A stretch of 64,000 nucleotides of DNA from Stegostoma tigrinum (GCF_030684315.1 NC_081379.1:39323947-39387946); one strand, 5' to 3'. Shown: positions 49,341-63,139, numbered from the stretch's first letter. Notes: a model not told the origin generated them from the letters alone. Numbers and translations: made by a program.

Positions 49341-49829
49341 TTTCAATGAGCTCAGGTCTGTGTTTTGCACACCCTGCATGATCCAAGATGTGGTCTGTTT
49401 GTGGATGAGTGCAGGAATTGCCTGTGGCTGGAGCAACCCGCGTTCTGGGGTTTGGGAGTTTGCTGGAGCAGATGGAGGCACCACCTTGCATTCTCGAGAG
49501 GTTTGCGGAGAGCAGCTTTCAAGAGGTGGTCAGTCCACAGCTTAAGGAAGTGCAGACAGAGAGGGAATGGGAGATTGCCAGGTGGAAGAACAGGACCAGG
49601 CAGTTAGAGAGGGAACCCTGCAAGTATCTCACTTGAAAATTGCCTTTAGCAAGGCTTTTGATAGGGTCCCTCATGGCAGAATGATCAAGAAGGAAAGAGC
49701 CCATGGAATCCAAAACAAAATGGCACATTGGATCCAAAATGGGGCTGACAGGCAGAAAGCAGAGAGTGATTCTAGATGGTAATGGAAGCTTCTGTGACTG
49801 GAGTTATATTCCCATTGGGTTCCATTTTT

Positions 49830-51900
49830 TAAAATTTGTTTTGGGGATGTGGGTGTCACTGGCTGACCAGCATTCATTGCCCGTCCCTAGTTGCCCCTTG
49901 AGAAGGTGGTGGTGAGCTGCCTTTTTGAACCGCTGCAGTCCACCTGCTGTGGGTTGAGGCACAATGCCATTAGGGAGGGAATTCCAGGATTTTGGCCCAG
50001 CAACAGTGAAGGAACAGTGATATATTGCCAAGTCAGGATGGTGAGTGGCTTGGAGAGGTACTTGAAGGTGGTGGTGTTCCCATATATCTTCTCCCCTTGT
50101 GCGTCTATATGGAAGTGGTTGTGGGTTTGGAAGGTGTTGTCTGAGGATCTTTGGTGAATTTCTGCAGTGCATCTTGTAGATGGTTCACACTGCTGCTACT
50201 GAGCGTCGGTGGTGGAGGGAGGGGATGCTTGTGGTTGCAGTGCCAATTAAGCAGGTTGCTTTGTCCTGGATGGTGTCAAGCTTCTCAAGTGTTATTGGGG
50301 CTGCACTCATCCAGGCAAGTGGGGAGTGTTCCATCACACTCCTGACTTGTGCCTCGTCGATGGTGGACTAGGCTTTTGGGAGTCATGAGGTGAGATACTC
50401 ACTGTGGTATTCCTAGCCTCTGACCTGCTCCTATAGCCACTGTGTGTGTGTTTTGAGTCCTGTTGAGTTTCTGGTCAATGATAACCCCAATGACATTAAC
50501 AGCAAGGGATTCAGTGATGGTGACACCATTGAATGTTAAGGCGTAGAGGTTAAATTGTCTCTTATTGGTGATGGTCATAGCCTAGCGTTTGCGTGATGTG
50601 AATGTCATTTGCCACTTGTGAGCCCGAGCTTGGATATTGCCTAGATCTTGTTGCATTTGAGTATTAATTGCTTCAGCATCTGAAGAGTAGCGAATAGAGC
50701 TGAACATCATGCAGTCATCAGCGAACTTCCCCACTTCTGACCTTATGCTGGAGGGAAGGTCATTGATGAAGCAGCTGAAGATGGTTGGGCCTAGGACACT
50801 ACCCTGAGAAATTCCTGCAGAGATGTCCTGGAGCTGAGATGACTGACCTCCAACAACTACAACCATCTTCCTATGTGTCAGGTAAGACTCTAACCACTGA
50901 GAGTTTGCCCCCTGATTCCCACTGATTCCAGTTTTGCCAGGGCTCCTTGATGCCACACTCAGTCGAAAGCAGCCTTGATATCAAGGGCTGTCACTCTCAC
51001 CTTACCTCTGCAATTCAGCTCTATTGTCTATGTTTGAACCGAGGCTGTAATGAGGTCAGGAGCTGAGTGGCCCTGGAGGAACCCAAACTGGGCATCACTG
51101 AGCAAGTTATTGCTGAGCAGTTGCTGCTGGATAGCACTGTTACTGACACCTTCCATCACATTATTGATGATTGAGAGTAGTCTTGATTGGGCAGTAATTG
51201 GCCGGGTTGGATTTCTCCTGCTTTTTGTATACAGGACATACTTGGGCAATTTTCCGCATTGCTGGGAAGATACCAGTATTCTAACTGTACTGGAACAGCT
51301 TGGCTAGGGGAGCGGCATGTTCTGGAGCACAGGACTTCAGTACTATTGCTGTGATGTTGTCAGGGCCCATAGCCTTTGCAGTATCTAATGCCTCCAACCA
51401 TTTTTTTGATATCACATGGAGTGAATCGAATTGCTGAAGACTGGTATCTGTAACGCTGGGGGAAGCCAAGATGGATCATCCACTCGGCACTTCTGGCTGA
51501 AGATTGCTATGAGTGCTTCAGCCTTATCTTTCGCACTAATGTGCTGGGCTCTTCCATCATTGAGGATGGGGATATTTGTGGAGCTTCCTCCTCCAGTCAG
51601 TTGTTTAATTGTCCACCACCATTCACGACTGGATGCAGCAGAAGTGCGGAGCTTAAATCTGATCTGTTGGTTGTGGGATTGATTAGCTCTGTCTATCACT
51701 TGCTGTTTATGCTGTTTGATGTGCAAGTGGTCCTGTTTGGTAGCTTCACCAGGTTGATGCCTCATCTTCAGGCATGATGGTATTGCTCCTGGCATGCCCT
51801 CCTGCACTCTCCATTGAACCAGGGTCGATCCCCTGGCTTGATGGTAATGGTTCAGTGGGGGATATGCCGGGCCATGAGGTTACAGATTGTGCTGGAGTAC
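49830..51900 (-). mobile_element. CR1/L2-group LINE, RT domain and 3' UTR (frameshifted)
   Basis: KAMGPDNITAIVLKSCAPEHAAPLAKLFQYS, QFGFLQGHSAPDLIT, WLESYLTHRKMVVVVGGQSS...QGSVLGPTIFSCFINDL...FADD. Confidence 0.92.
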
Positions 51901-51957
51901 AGATCTACAGATCCAGTGACACTTAATGATTGGCCAGGCAACTGGAGATATAATTCA

Positions 51958-52135
51958 GAGATAATAGGAACTGCAGATGCTGGAGAATCCGAGATAACAA
52001 AGTGTGGAGCTGATTGAACACAGCAGGCCAAACAGCATCTTACAAGCAGGAAAGGTGATGTTTCGAAACGTCAGCTTTCCTGCTCCTAAGATGCTGCTTG
52101 GCCTGCTGTGTTCATCCAGCTCCACACCTTGTTAT
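51958..52135. mobile_element. Palindromic short element (Penelope-tail family)
   Basis: Same arms as the 31158-31366 copy. Confidence 0.7.
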
Positions 52136-52181
52136 ATTGGGGATGTTCCCCTGTCTCCTAATGTCATCCATTCTAAAATCA

Positions 52182-52970
52182 TCATAGAATCCCTACAGCA
52201 CGGTAGGAGGCCATTCAATCCATTCAGCCCACACTGAACCTCCAAAGTGCATCCCACCCAGATCCACCCTCTTACCATAGCCCTGTAACCTTGCATTTCC
52301 CATGGCTAACCCACCTAGCCCACATATCCCTGGACACGCAGCATCCGTGGAGAGTAAGCTAACGCTTCAAGTCAAGATGACTCTCCGTCCCATTCCTTCC
52401 TTTTTTTTATCTTAGATGGCTACATTCTCTGTCACCATGTCCTCTCTCCCCTCCCCGCACTCCAGTGGGACTGTCTGTTCTTTCCAGTCTGGCATTTAGG
52501 CACACCATTGTTCTGCCATTCTCACATTCCAATCACTTAATATGAAATATCAACATCCTTTCTCCCCCAGAACTCCACCGCCAACCACCACCACCCCCCC
52601 AGCCATTGCATAAATACTGCCCCCTCCACACTTCACATCAGCTTTGAAGAGTTATCTAGACGCGAGACATTAATTTGCTCTCTCTCTGACCCTACTGTGA
52701 CCTCCAGCAATTTTTGCTTTCATCACAGATTCCAGCATCTGCAGTAATTTGTTCCTATATCCCTGAACACTATGGGCAATTTAGCATGGCCGATCCACCT
52801 AGCCTGCACATCTTTGGACTGTGGGAGGAAACCAGAGCACCTGGAGGAAACCCACACAGACATGGGGAGAATGTGCAAACTCCACACAGACAGATGCCTG
52901 AGGGTGGAATCGAACCCTTATCCCTGTTACTGCCTCACAGCAACGCTAACCACTGAGCCACCGTGCTGCC
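52182..52970 (-). mobile_element. HE1-like SINE split by a Penelope-tail insertion (52338-52756)
   Basis: SINE halves are colinear with 22370-22682. TSD atatccctg(g/a)acac at 52324-52337 and 52757-52770. Confidence 0.78.
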
Positions 52971-55900
52971 CAAAATGTGAATACACAAATAATGATAAAA
53001 GTGACCAAACAAAAAGAGGTTAAAATGTGCAAACTGGAAGTAGAATTTGCAGGCAGGAAATGCATGTAGAAATATGGGCAAATTTGAAGTTACGTGATGG
53101 ATTACAAAATTTAAAGACCTGTTAGGAAGTAACGTTACTTCTTGTTGTTCTAGTTGTTGCGTCTGAGCTCATTTTGCAGCCGCAGATTCTGGAAGTGGAG
53201 GCCTGGAGATTGACATGTATGGACCTTCTCAGCAGCTACGCAGCCTGCCAATTTGAGGCAGCACAGTGCTCAGTCAATGGGTGCAGCGAGCTTAGAGACA
53301 GGCCATGTGAAGGTGAGGGGAGAGGGGAAAATTGGACGGAAAATTAACGATGTTTTCCAGTTCCAGTCGACAGCAGAAAGCAGCACAGTACAATCACTGG
53401 AGAATGAGATATGTGAGGAGGCCTGAGCAGGACTGGAGCAAGGAACGTTCCACATTCTCTACTGAGAGACAGGCAAATAACCAGAGCCCATGCCAGCATC
53501 AAAGGCAAATTAAAGGAGAAATTGTTCAATGAGATCCTGGGAGAGCTCAGACAGGCAAAGGAGAGTGGTGATGGATGGGAAATGTTCAGCTCCTGCTCAA
53601 AGAAGAAGCAAAGAGACTTCAGACCAATCAAAATTCATCAATTTTTCTTGAGATATACACCTTCTCCCATCTTCACCACCTTCTCAAGGGAAACCATGCG
53701 TGGGCAATAAATGCTGGCCAGCCAGCAATGTCCATGTCCCACAACTCCAACAGTGAAATTCTAATTGTATGCTGTTCCAATAAATAGAAGTCCCACTTAT
53801 ATAAGCCAAAGTAATAAGAAAAAAGTAAATTAAAACTTAAATTCTCAAAACTACAGTCAGGATGCGTCTTCCAGAATGTTCTACGCCTTTTCTGCTATTC
53901 CTCAGTCAGGAATTCTTTCTTTGTCGAAACTTTCTGTCAGCTAAGAGTGCCATGGTACCTTTTAGATGGTGCTTAATCAGAGAGCAAAGATTTCTGGGAG
54001 CCAGAGTTTTACTTTTCCAATGGCAGTTTGCTCTCACACTGCTTTTCAAAAACCCTCCTCTCATATACACTTAACGACCAGTCAATTTTCTTATAATAGG
54101 AATTGGTTGTTGGTTGTGAACACCATCAGGTTTAAATTTAGTTGGGTTTTAGAGTTTAAATTAATTGGCTGATATTCAAGCTGGATGCCTTAACATTAAA
54201 ACAAGCCTACGTTTCTAACCATATAGACAATTGATACATTTGTCTGAATTTCAGAACTGTCTGCTTGCAGACATTTTTTTACTCTCCGAGCTTAGAAAAG
54301 CACATCACATCTTAAAAGGACCAAGCACTCTTCCCCACTATCATTTTTACAAACAAATTCTAACATCCTGCCTTTTAGTTCACCAGTACTCTACCCAACT
54401 TTGCAACACCATAGCAAATTCCCTTTTTGAATTCAGGTTATAATTGTAGGCCTTGTCCACAACCCTAACCCTACCCAACCCCCCCTCCCCACAATAACCA
54501 GATCACATGGATTCATTGTCAAGGGTCCTCCTGTCTGTTTTACTTTGAATTAAGAGACGATTTAAAACAGGCTTTGTCAGAACTATTTACACTGTGGGCA
54601 TGGTGGTTACTGATGAGCCTTATCACCAGCAAACACAGAACAGAAAGGTCCTCTGGTTTAAGGAATGTTTTTCCGGTTTCTTTCAGATTTTTTTGCCATA
54701 TTTGGGACACCAGTTGAGGGCCAATGGGTCTCTTGGTGGCCCAAAGTCAGGCCTGTGGGCTGCCAGTTGGACAAGCCTGGTTTAAACCATCTAATAAAAC
54801 CTTACATTTAAAAACAGACATTTTCTAAACCAACCTGTGTAGAAATCTTATTACAAATGTCTGGAACAGGTGAGACTTGAACCCAGGTTACCTGGTCCAG
54901 AGGTAGGGACACCACATTTAATAACAATGTCCTAGGCCCAACTGTTCTTCAGCTGCTTTATCAATGATCTTCCCTCCATCAAAAAGGTCAGAAGTGGGAT
55001 GTTTGCCGATGATTGCTCAATGTTAGCACCATTCGCGACTCCTCAGACACAGAAGCAGTTTGTCTCATGTGCAGTAAGACCTGAATGACACTCAAGCTTC
55101 AGTTGATAAGTGGTAAATAAATGCTGTGTCACAGAAAGTGCCAGGCAATAACATTCTCCAAGGCAGAATACTGTGGATGCTGGGAATCTGAAGTAAACAC
55201 AGAAAATGTTGGAGACACTCAACAGATCTGGAGAAATGAAAGTGACAAGTTTAAGTTCCCGAAAAGCAAAAGAACTAACCTGAATTTCCAGGAAATAATG
55301 TAGGCTTGAGAAAGGATGTACCACCATCGCAAGCAATGCAACAGATTCACTCAGACAATTCCAGGCGTGAGGGGTTGACTTAACAAGAATGGTTAAACAG
55401 CTTAAGTCTTGTATCAGGAAGCTGAGGGCTATGAGCTGGCACAAGAAAGGAGTTGAGTCCTGGGCAGATCATCCATTATCTTGTTGAATGGCAGGGCAGG
55501 TTTGAGGGAGGACTGCCCTACTCCTGCTCTTATATTTTCTGTTATTTTTAAAAAAAATTACTTACAATTTATTTTCCCAACATAGTGGTAGCTTTGTTCT
55601 TAGATCTTATTTTGTCCACTCAAGTTACATGGAGGAATATCTATCTAAATATCAAATATTCATGCTTGTTTGACTTCTGTACAAATTGATTAAAACAGGC
55701 CTATGTAAACCTGTTAACCCTTTTGAAGACAGGATCATTTATGCATCAATCCAGGAGCAATTTCTAGGTGGGAATCATTTAATTTTGTGGGTATACTATA
55801 GAAACTTACCTACCGCTAGTTCCCCAGGCAGAAGGGTGCGCTCTAAGAGGTTTTGGAAGTTGGAATTCACTCGTGACAGTGGTGTTGAGTTACATAGCCA

Positions 55901-56209
55901 ATGATAGATAGAAATGTCCAAATGTAATTGAGAATTATCTATGCATTAATGTTGCTCTGCATGGTAGCTGAGTCATATGGTGGCTAGAAGACACTACAAA
56001 AATCAACATGGTTGACACTTTGAGCACAAGTAGGGGCTTCATCAATGTGAATGCACCAACCGTCCAATAAGTTGCTGCAATAATTCCTAGCGAGTGTCAC
56101 AGGACCTCACTTCAGTTGCTCAATTGGCCTGAATTTCTATGAAATGTTCACAATGTGGTCTCCATAAACTACTTTGTGGAACACCTATGTTCTGTCCATA
56201 TTTAAAAAA

Positions 56210-56745
56210 AGACCCTGAGCTTCCAGTTGTCTGCGACTTCAACACATCACCCTGTTCCCTGGCCAACGCCTCTTTTTTCGAGTGCAGCTCAGCGTGAGCT
56301 GGAAAATCAAAACCTCATTTTCTATTCTGGGACCCTGCAGCTTTCAAGACTCAATATTGAGAACAATAACTTTACAGCCTGAGCACCTTCTTCCATGTCC
56401 TATACCCACCCCAACACCCCAGGTCCTGTCATGACTTAGGCTGCTTTCAGCACAGCTGACCCATTTGCTCCTGGTCCTCAATATCAACTTCTCTCTTTCC
56501 CTGGCTTACTACCAACCATTCCTTTGTCTGGCTAACTTTCTTGCTCTCCTGCAGGGCTCCCGTCTCCCCGTCTGCTCACTCCTTCACCCTACGCCCTATC
56601 ATCAGCATACATATCACCTGTATTTAGCTACATCAGTTCTAAAGAAGGAACACTGAACTTGAAATGTTAACTCAGCTTTCCTTCCACAGATATGCTATTC
56701 CTTCAGCAATTTCTGGTTTTGTTTCAGACCTTCAGCACCTGCAGT
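56210..56745 (+). mobile_element. Penelope-like 3' fragment
   Basis: ELPVVCDFN...ENQNLIF..GTLQ-like GIY-YIG end and tail as in 30600-31060. Confidence 0.6.
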
Positions 56746-56939
56746 TGTATCATTCCGGATTCCTATGAGCCGAGTGAGGCTAGCAAAAATTACTCCAGAA
56801 ACAGCTTATACATTAAAAAATGTGACCGAAGGTTTAGAATTCATTTTGGAAAATTTCACCCACAAGATTATTTTATTCTAAGAACATCTTCCTAAATCAG
56901 TTCTTATTTGTATTCAGACAAGGAGAATGGCATTCGAGC

Positions 56940-57845
56940 TGGGAATTTCATTTGGGATGCTGAGGTTCTAGAACATGTTAAGATTACTAAGGTGGTGGTA
57001 GCAGAGGTTTTAGCAGGCATAAAGGTGCATAAATCTCCATAGCCTCATGAGGAGTGGCCCAAGCTGCTATGGGAGGAGATTGCTGGGGCACTGGCAGAGA
57101 TATTTAAGACCTCAGGTCACAGGTGAAGTGCGAGATGACTGCAGGATTGCTAACTTCCATCAGTCAAGAAAGGCAGCAGGGATAGGCCAGGTAATTACAG
57201 ACCAATTAGTCTGACATCAGCGTTGGAGAAATTGTTGAAGGAAATTCTGCTCGAGGGTCAGGATTAAACAACACTTAGAAAGGCAGGGATACTCAGCACA
57301 GATTTGTTACAGGACTACCGTCTGACTAACCTATTCAGGTTTTTTGGAAAAGGTAACTAATATATTGATGAGGGGAGAACAGTTGATGTTATTTACACAG
57401 ACTTCAGTAAGGCCTTTGACAAGATCCCACGTGGACAGCTGGTCCAAAAGAGCCCATGGGATCCAAGGCAAGCCGGATCTAAAACTGACTAAAGGTGGTA
57501 AAGGGTAATGATGGTGGAGGGATGTCTATGTGATTACAACCAACAGGGTACCACAGGTATTGCTGCTAGGACATTTGCTGTTTGTTACTTTATGTACATT
57601 AATGACTTCCGTGTGAATGCAGAGGTATAATTATTGAATCTGTAGACATTACACAAATTGGTGGTGCTGTTGATTGGGAGGATGGTTTTAGGGATAGAAC
57701 CAGCAGATAGAATTTTGTGCTGATGAGTGCAAGGTGATGTATTTTGGGAGATCTAATACGAGAAGGATATACACAATGAAAGGTAGGTCCCGAAGCAGTG
57801 CTGAGGAACAAAGGATCCTTGGTGTCAAGGGTCTGTTTCCATGAG
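56940..57845 (+). mobile_element. Decayed CR1 LINE RT region
   Basis: GNYRPISLTSALEKLL and VDVIYTDFSKAFDKIPRGQL motifs. Confidence 0.8.
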
Positions 57846-58504
57846 TGGTCCTCAACTGACCTGGTCTCCCATAACAGAGCTCAGTCTGGAATCTGTTCAG
57901 AGCAGGACTCAAAAGTGGACCTACCCATTGAGGAACATTGTGAACAAATTGTGCCATCCATAAAATAAACAACACCACAGGCTATGCAATTTACCTTGCA
58001 TTAAAGTATTACTTTGCTGGTAAATGTGGAAACAGACTAACACATCAAGATATATTAACTCACTTCAACTCAAATTAGATTCAACCTGGCTAACTTTTCA
58101 CTTTTTAATTGACTCATCATTGCAACCCACATAACCAGTATGTTGATAGTCTGCCAATTCAGACTGAACTGAGACAAAAGTTGGTGTATGCACAAAACTA
58201 ACTAGATAGATGTAGTAAATCTGTTCACTGTATGCAGACAGTAACAGAATTACTTTGATGTTACAGCACAGGACATTCAGCCTCATGGAAACAGACCGCT
58301 TGACACCAAGGATCCTTTGTTCTTGAGCACTGCTTCGGGACCTACCTTTCATTGTGTATATCCTTCTCTTATTAGATCTCCCAAAACGCATCACCTTGCA
58401 ATCATCAGGACAAAATTCTATCTGCTGTTACCCTAGAACCATCTTCACGATCAACATTCACAGCCCACTGTGGTTGCATCAGCTCTTAGAATCAGTTAAT
58501 TTAG

Positions 58505-58980
58505 ACCATAAGACATAGGAGTGGAAGTAAGGCCATTCGGCCCATCAAGTCCACTCCACCATTTAAATCATGGCTGATGGGCATTTCAACTCCACTTCCC
58601 TGCACTCTCCCCGTAGCCCCTGATTCCTTGCGAGGTCAAGAATTTGTCGATCTCTGCCTTGAAGGCATCCAATGTCCCGGCCGCCACTGCACTCTGCGGC
58701 AATGAATTCCACAAGCCCACCACTCTCTGGCTGATGAAATGTCGTCTCATTTCAGTTTTAAAATTTACCCCCTCTAATTTTAAGGCTGTGCCCGCGGGTC
58801 CTAGTCTCCCCGCCTAATGGAAACAACTTCCTAGCGTCCACCCCTTCTAAGCCATACGTTATCTTGTAAGTTTCTATTAGACCTCCCCTCAACCTTCTAA
58901 ACTCTAATGAGTACAATCCCAGGATCCTTAGCCGTTCATCATACGTTAAACCTACCATTCCAGGGACCATCCATGTGAAC
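58505..58980 (-). mobile_element. Young CR1 LINE 3' end
   Basis: MVPGMVGLTYDERLRILGLYSLEFRRLRGGLIETYKI...RTRGHSLKIRG. Confidence 0.88.
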
Positions 58981-59610
58981 TGAGCACCTTTCTACTCAAT
59001 CTTGCATGTTCTTCCATCCATAAAGCAGACAAATTGTCTTTAGATAACTTGATGGAATCTGCTGCCACCATAGACTTCAAGGAAAGACTTACTCGGCATC
59101 CATCATGGTCAAATGTTACTCTGCAGGAGCAGTGTGGTAACTGCAGTTTTATCATTCAGGACAGACCCATCAGCTAAGAGATGGCATGCTTTCTTGCCAC
59201 ATAAAAAGCAATAGCAGAATCATTGTCCTGCAAAATAATGAAGCCTTTTTACTTGCTTTAATGTTGCCAATCTTGATAACCTGCTATTGAGCATGAGGCG
59301 TACACGCAGAGTCCATTGTTCCCGTGAGAATTGCTGGTATAAAGCAAAGAACAGATGGTAACAAATGCCAGCTCTGAATATACTCAACAAGGCTGAGTGG
59401 AGTCCAAGCTCACAATAAGAAGTTGGGCCCTAATCTGCACTTAAATGCTAGGCTCACAAGCATTACATAAAACATTCACCCACAAGTTTAAAAGTAGATT
59501 AAAATTTCTTGTACTTTTTTTCCAGTCATTGACAAAAGCTCAACCCATCAGATCCAACAGCATTCATTTACTCCACAAAAGAAACAGTTGACAAAATTTT
59601 CCACAGTATA

Positions 59611-59616
59611 TTTATT
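59611..59616 (-). terminator. COX6A1 polyadenylation signal
   Basis: AATAAA on the minus strand, ~130 nt after the stop codon. Confidence 0.7.
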
Positions 59617-59748
59617 ATGGTGTTACCTTATTAAAAGGCAAACACATTACATAATTGTCTTTAAAATAATGCACACATTCACATGATTTTTTTTAGGCTT
59701 GACAAAATGGTTCATAAACACAAGGCCGGTCTTCTCAGCTCCAAGCTT

Positions 59749-59841
59749 TCAGTGTTCCTCTGCATCTTCCCAGCCAGTGGGCAGAGGATTGGTATGGGGA
59801 TTGTGGAAGAGAGTGTGCTTCCCATCACCCCAAGGGAATGG
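59749..59841 (-). CDS. COX6A1: COX6A1 exon 3
   Basis: catttacag|[33 protein letters not shown]6A signature. Confidence 0.96.
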   Translation of the reverse strand, partial: PFPWGDGKHTLFHNPHTNPLPTGWEDAEEH

Positions 59842-60619
59842 CTGTAAATGGAATTGTAAAACAGTTTGTTAGTAAAACTATTCCAGAAGGAACAAGATGG
59901 ACAAAATCATTCAGCTTGCTTAAGATCAAAGTATCAAAATTTAAAGTTATTCAACCTATGGAGCACCTTTGGTTAAATACCTGTCAGCACATTACCCCAT
60001 AGAGTGTAATTTCCCATTTATTTCAGTATCTCACGTATAAAACTGAATACTTAAAATGGTGCCCAAGTGGAGGATGTGAACCAAAATTTAACTTCACAAT
60101 TTTAAAAGCCTGGGATCCAATGTAATGGCTCCCCCTCGCCCAACTTCAAATCAAACAAGAGAATCCAACTACACATTACATTAGACAAGAGTATTGTACA
60201 AAATGAGGGGCTGGAAAAGTCAGGTCTCTTCAAACACTATGGCCCCCAAACAGATCCAGTAAATAGTTTGCCAGTCCAGGATGTTCCCATTATCACATGC
60301 TTCATGCTTTCTGTAGATACAGCTGAGGAAGTTCATGGGGCAAGACAAGAATTACCTCATTTCATTGTTACATAGCACATCTAATCATCACATCCTTCAC
60401 TCAGGCTTGGACAATTATTCTTCAGTTTTATACAAGACACTGAAATGAAGACAGTTTCTCTATGGGTAGTGGGGTGACAGCCATTTAATCAAACATGCTC
60501 CACAGGTTGGGTAACAAATTTTGATGCTTAGGTCTTAAGGTGAATGCTTTGGTCCACACATTAACCCACCAGCCCAGGTACAACTTGCCAACTAAGCCAG
60601 AAGAGGATGAAAAATTCTA

Positions 60620-60870
60620 CTTATAAAATCATGAGGGACATAAATGAGATGAATAGCAAAAGGTCATTTCGCTGGGGTAGGGCAGTTCAAAACTAATAGG
60701 CTTAATTCTAAGGTGAGAAGAGAAAGATTTAAAAGCAACTTAAGGGTGAATTGCCTGAGGAAGTGATAGATGCAGGTATAGTGAGAACATTTAACTACAT
60801 TTGGACAGGTACTTGAATAGGGAAGGTTTAGAGGGATCCAGGTCAAATGCAGGCATGTGGAATTAATTCA
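60620..60870 (+). mobile_element. CR1-type LINE 3' fragment in COX6A1 intron 2
   Basis: tataaaatcatgaggg ... aaggtgagaagagaaagattt ... ggtttagaggga tail. Confidence 0.7.
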
Positions 60871-61496
60871 GTCTGGATCTTGACTGGTCACTGGAGTCAA
60901 AAGGACTCAATTCACTTGCTAATTTCACAATTAGAAGTACGATGATATGATTTCCTGAAACATTAATATTGGTTGAAGAGTAGATCACAATTCAACTGAC
61001 ACTGGTTAGATAAACTTCCTAGAGGTATGAACACAGGACAGGTTTGTCACTCAATTAATAGGAAACTATTCAATAATGTTGAACATAATTACCAATAATG
61101 GCATTCAAGACTATGAATTGCCAGTTTCACTTAATGACAAGTCAGGTTCCATGAACTGGTCCAAAGGAACTAGGTCAATGTTTGGGCTTTCAACAATGCA
61201 GTATTTAGGTTTCTGTGCCAGACAAAGCAAAGTCCAGAATAACAGACCCATAAGTGATATTTCCTCTAGTAACTAATAAGCACCTTGGATGTAACAAGGT
61301 GATTTACTCTATTCTCCAGTATTGCTTTGTATTTCTACACTGGATTTTCTCATAGGCATCATGTTTACAAAATTTGACTGAGTAATGCAGCTAATTTTGA
61401 TACTTTACATAAGAGAATTGTGCTTTTTTTTAAACTCCTTACAACAGCAATTTTTCCATGCTATTAACAATCCTTTATATTTGACTCAGTACTCAC

Positions 61497-61639
61497 TTTG
61501 GTCCTGATGCGGAGGTGCTCATAAGCAACAAACTCGTGTCTCTCATGGCTATGCTGCTGTGCCTTCAGGTAGCAGTTCAACATACAGACAGTTACACCAG
61601 GAATAGCAACAACAAAAGACAGAATCTTCCACATACGAG
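61497..61639 (-). CDS. COX6A1: COX6A1 exon 2 (transmembrane helix)
   Basis: ctggcag|(A)[47 protein letters not shown]|gtgagt. 143 nt. Confidence 0.97.
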
Positions 61640-61973
61640 CTGCCAGAGGGGGACAGGAAAACAAACATATGCTCAGATACAAAATACAGCCATTTACACA
61701 ATAAAGGAGCAATTCCACTACGATTTTAATCCCATTGCAAGTGAATTTCAGTCATCTAAGCTCACAACTACTGTTAGATAGTGAACACAATAAAATTACA
61801 AATAGTACCAATGTTTCTGGCAAGTGTTTATCTGAATATTAAATATTTAGAGCAGAAACAGCTTTGATGAGCAATTTACAGATAACCTCGAGAGCCGAAT
61901 ATTCAAAGAAAACAGATCGCCGTTTGGTGTCAAGGGTCATCATTCCTTGCCAGTCGTTCTCATCAAATCCAGA

Positions 61974-62098
61974 GGGAACTCGCAGGCTCTGAAGGGTCTC
62001 GGCCCGAAACTTTTGTCAGCTTTTGTGCTCCTGAGAGGCTGCTTGGCCTGCTGTGTTCATCCAGCTTCACGCTGTGTTCATCCCGGGAACTCGCAGGC
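61974..62098 (+). mobile_element. Short Penelope-tail insert with a perfect 14-bp TSD in COX6A1 intron 1
   Basis: TSD gggaactcgcaggc at 61974-61987 and 62085-62098. Insert begins tctgaagggtctcggcccgaaac. Confidence 0.8.
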
Positions 62099-62523
62099 AT
62101 TGATTCTGCCATCTCACATTAAAGGGGAAGACAAGTGAGGCCTACCCTCCGTTAATAAACGCGAGCTAACAAGTGATTGCGATAGCAAATTAAGACTATA
62201 TTATTCTAACCACAACCTTGAGCAGACAGATATAACCTTAGAGTTTTCCCTTGCATTTAAACATTAGTAATTAAACTAAATTAAGTCTGGGAAAACGCTT
62301 AGCGAGGAAATCCCCGTTTTCTTTTTCCATCCATTTGGGGCAGGCACCGTCTACATAACGGCAGCGACGTTGATATCAGTAACTGCACAAGAAACGGGGG
62401 AAGCGCTGGGACAGGGCCGCGGACCAAGGTCACAGCCGCTGTCTCCCCCTCCACCGCGGGGCAGACCGTCTGTCCAGCTTGCTCCCCGCTACAAAACCCC
62501 GCTCTGGACCAAGCTATGCTCAC

Positions 62524-62614
62524 CCCCTTGGTGCTCCTCGGACGCGGCCGCTGCAGACAACTGCCCGACACTGCTCAGGCTCCGGCGAAACATCCGACCC
62601 CAGACCGCCGCCAT
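62524..62614 (-). CDS. COX6A1: COX6A1 exon 1 (mitochondrial presequence)
   Basis: aagATGGCG start; MAAVWGRMFRRSLSSVGQLSAAAASEEHQG+G|gtgagc. 108 aa in total. The 6A1 assignment rests on synteny with TRIAP1/GATC. Confidence 0.92.
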
Positions 62615-62655
62615 CTTCAGACTGCAATGCGCATGCGCGGCACTGGCCGGAAACA
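62607..62655 (-). promoter_or_regulatory. YY1 site over the start codon, NRF1 site and ETS-like core at the COX6A1 5' end
   Basis: AAGATGGCGGC spanning the ATG, TGCGCATGCGC at 62628-62638, and ccggaa at 62647-62652. Confidence 0.75.
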
Positions 62656-62859
62656 CGCCAAGACGGTGGGTGGGGGCAAAGGTCACAACGGAGTGACGAG
62701 AAATAATTTTATCCTCAACACGACTGCAGCTGAATGCTTTCATCCGTTTTATTAAGTGTTGTAGTGGTTTCTGTTGTTTTAAAGTGTGGGTGTGTGGTGG
62801 GAATCGAGCCGGACAAAAAGGGAACCTGTCACGCGGTAGGACGCGCGTCCAAGTTTCAT

Positions 62860-63135
62860 GGGGCGGGGTGTGGAGGTGGGGGTAGACCTTATGGGCAGGG
62901 TCACACCGTTGGGCGCATGGTCAGACACTATGGGCGGGGTCAGACGGCAGGGTGAGGTACGGCAGGGGGCGGAGTCAGACTGTAGGGGCGGGGTCTTTCT
63001 TTGGGGCGTGTTCACACGTTAGGGGGCGTGGTCAGGCTGCATAGGGTGGAGTTCGCAGTTGGAGGGCGTCAGACCGTGGAGGCAGGATCAGACGTTGTTG
63101 GCGGGGGTTAGTCGGCAGGGGGCGGGGTCAGACTG
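62860..63135. promoter_or_regulatory. GC-box (Sp/KLF) array in the COX6A1 promoter
   Basis: Repeated GGGGCGGGGTCAGAC-like units at ~19-20 bp spacing. Confidence 0.65.
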
Positions 63136-63139
63136 TGCA

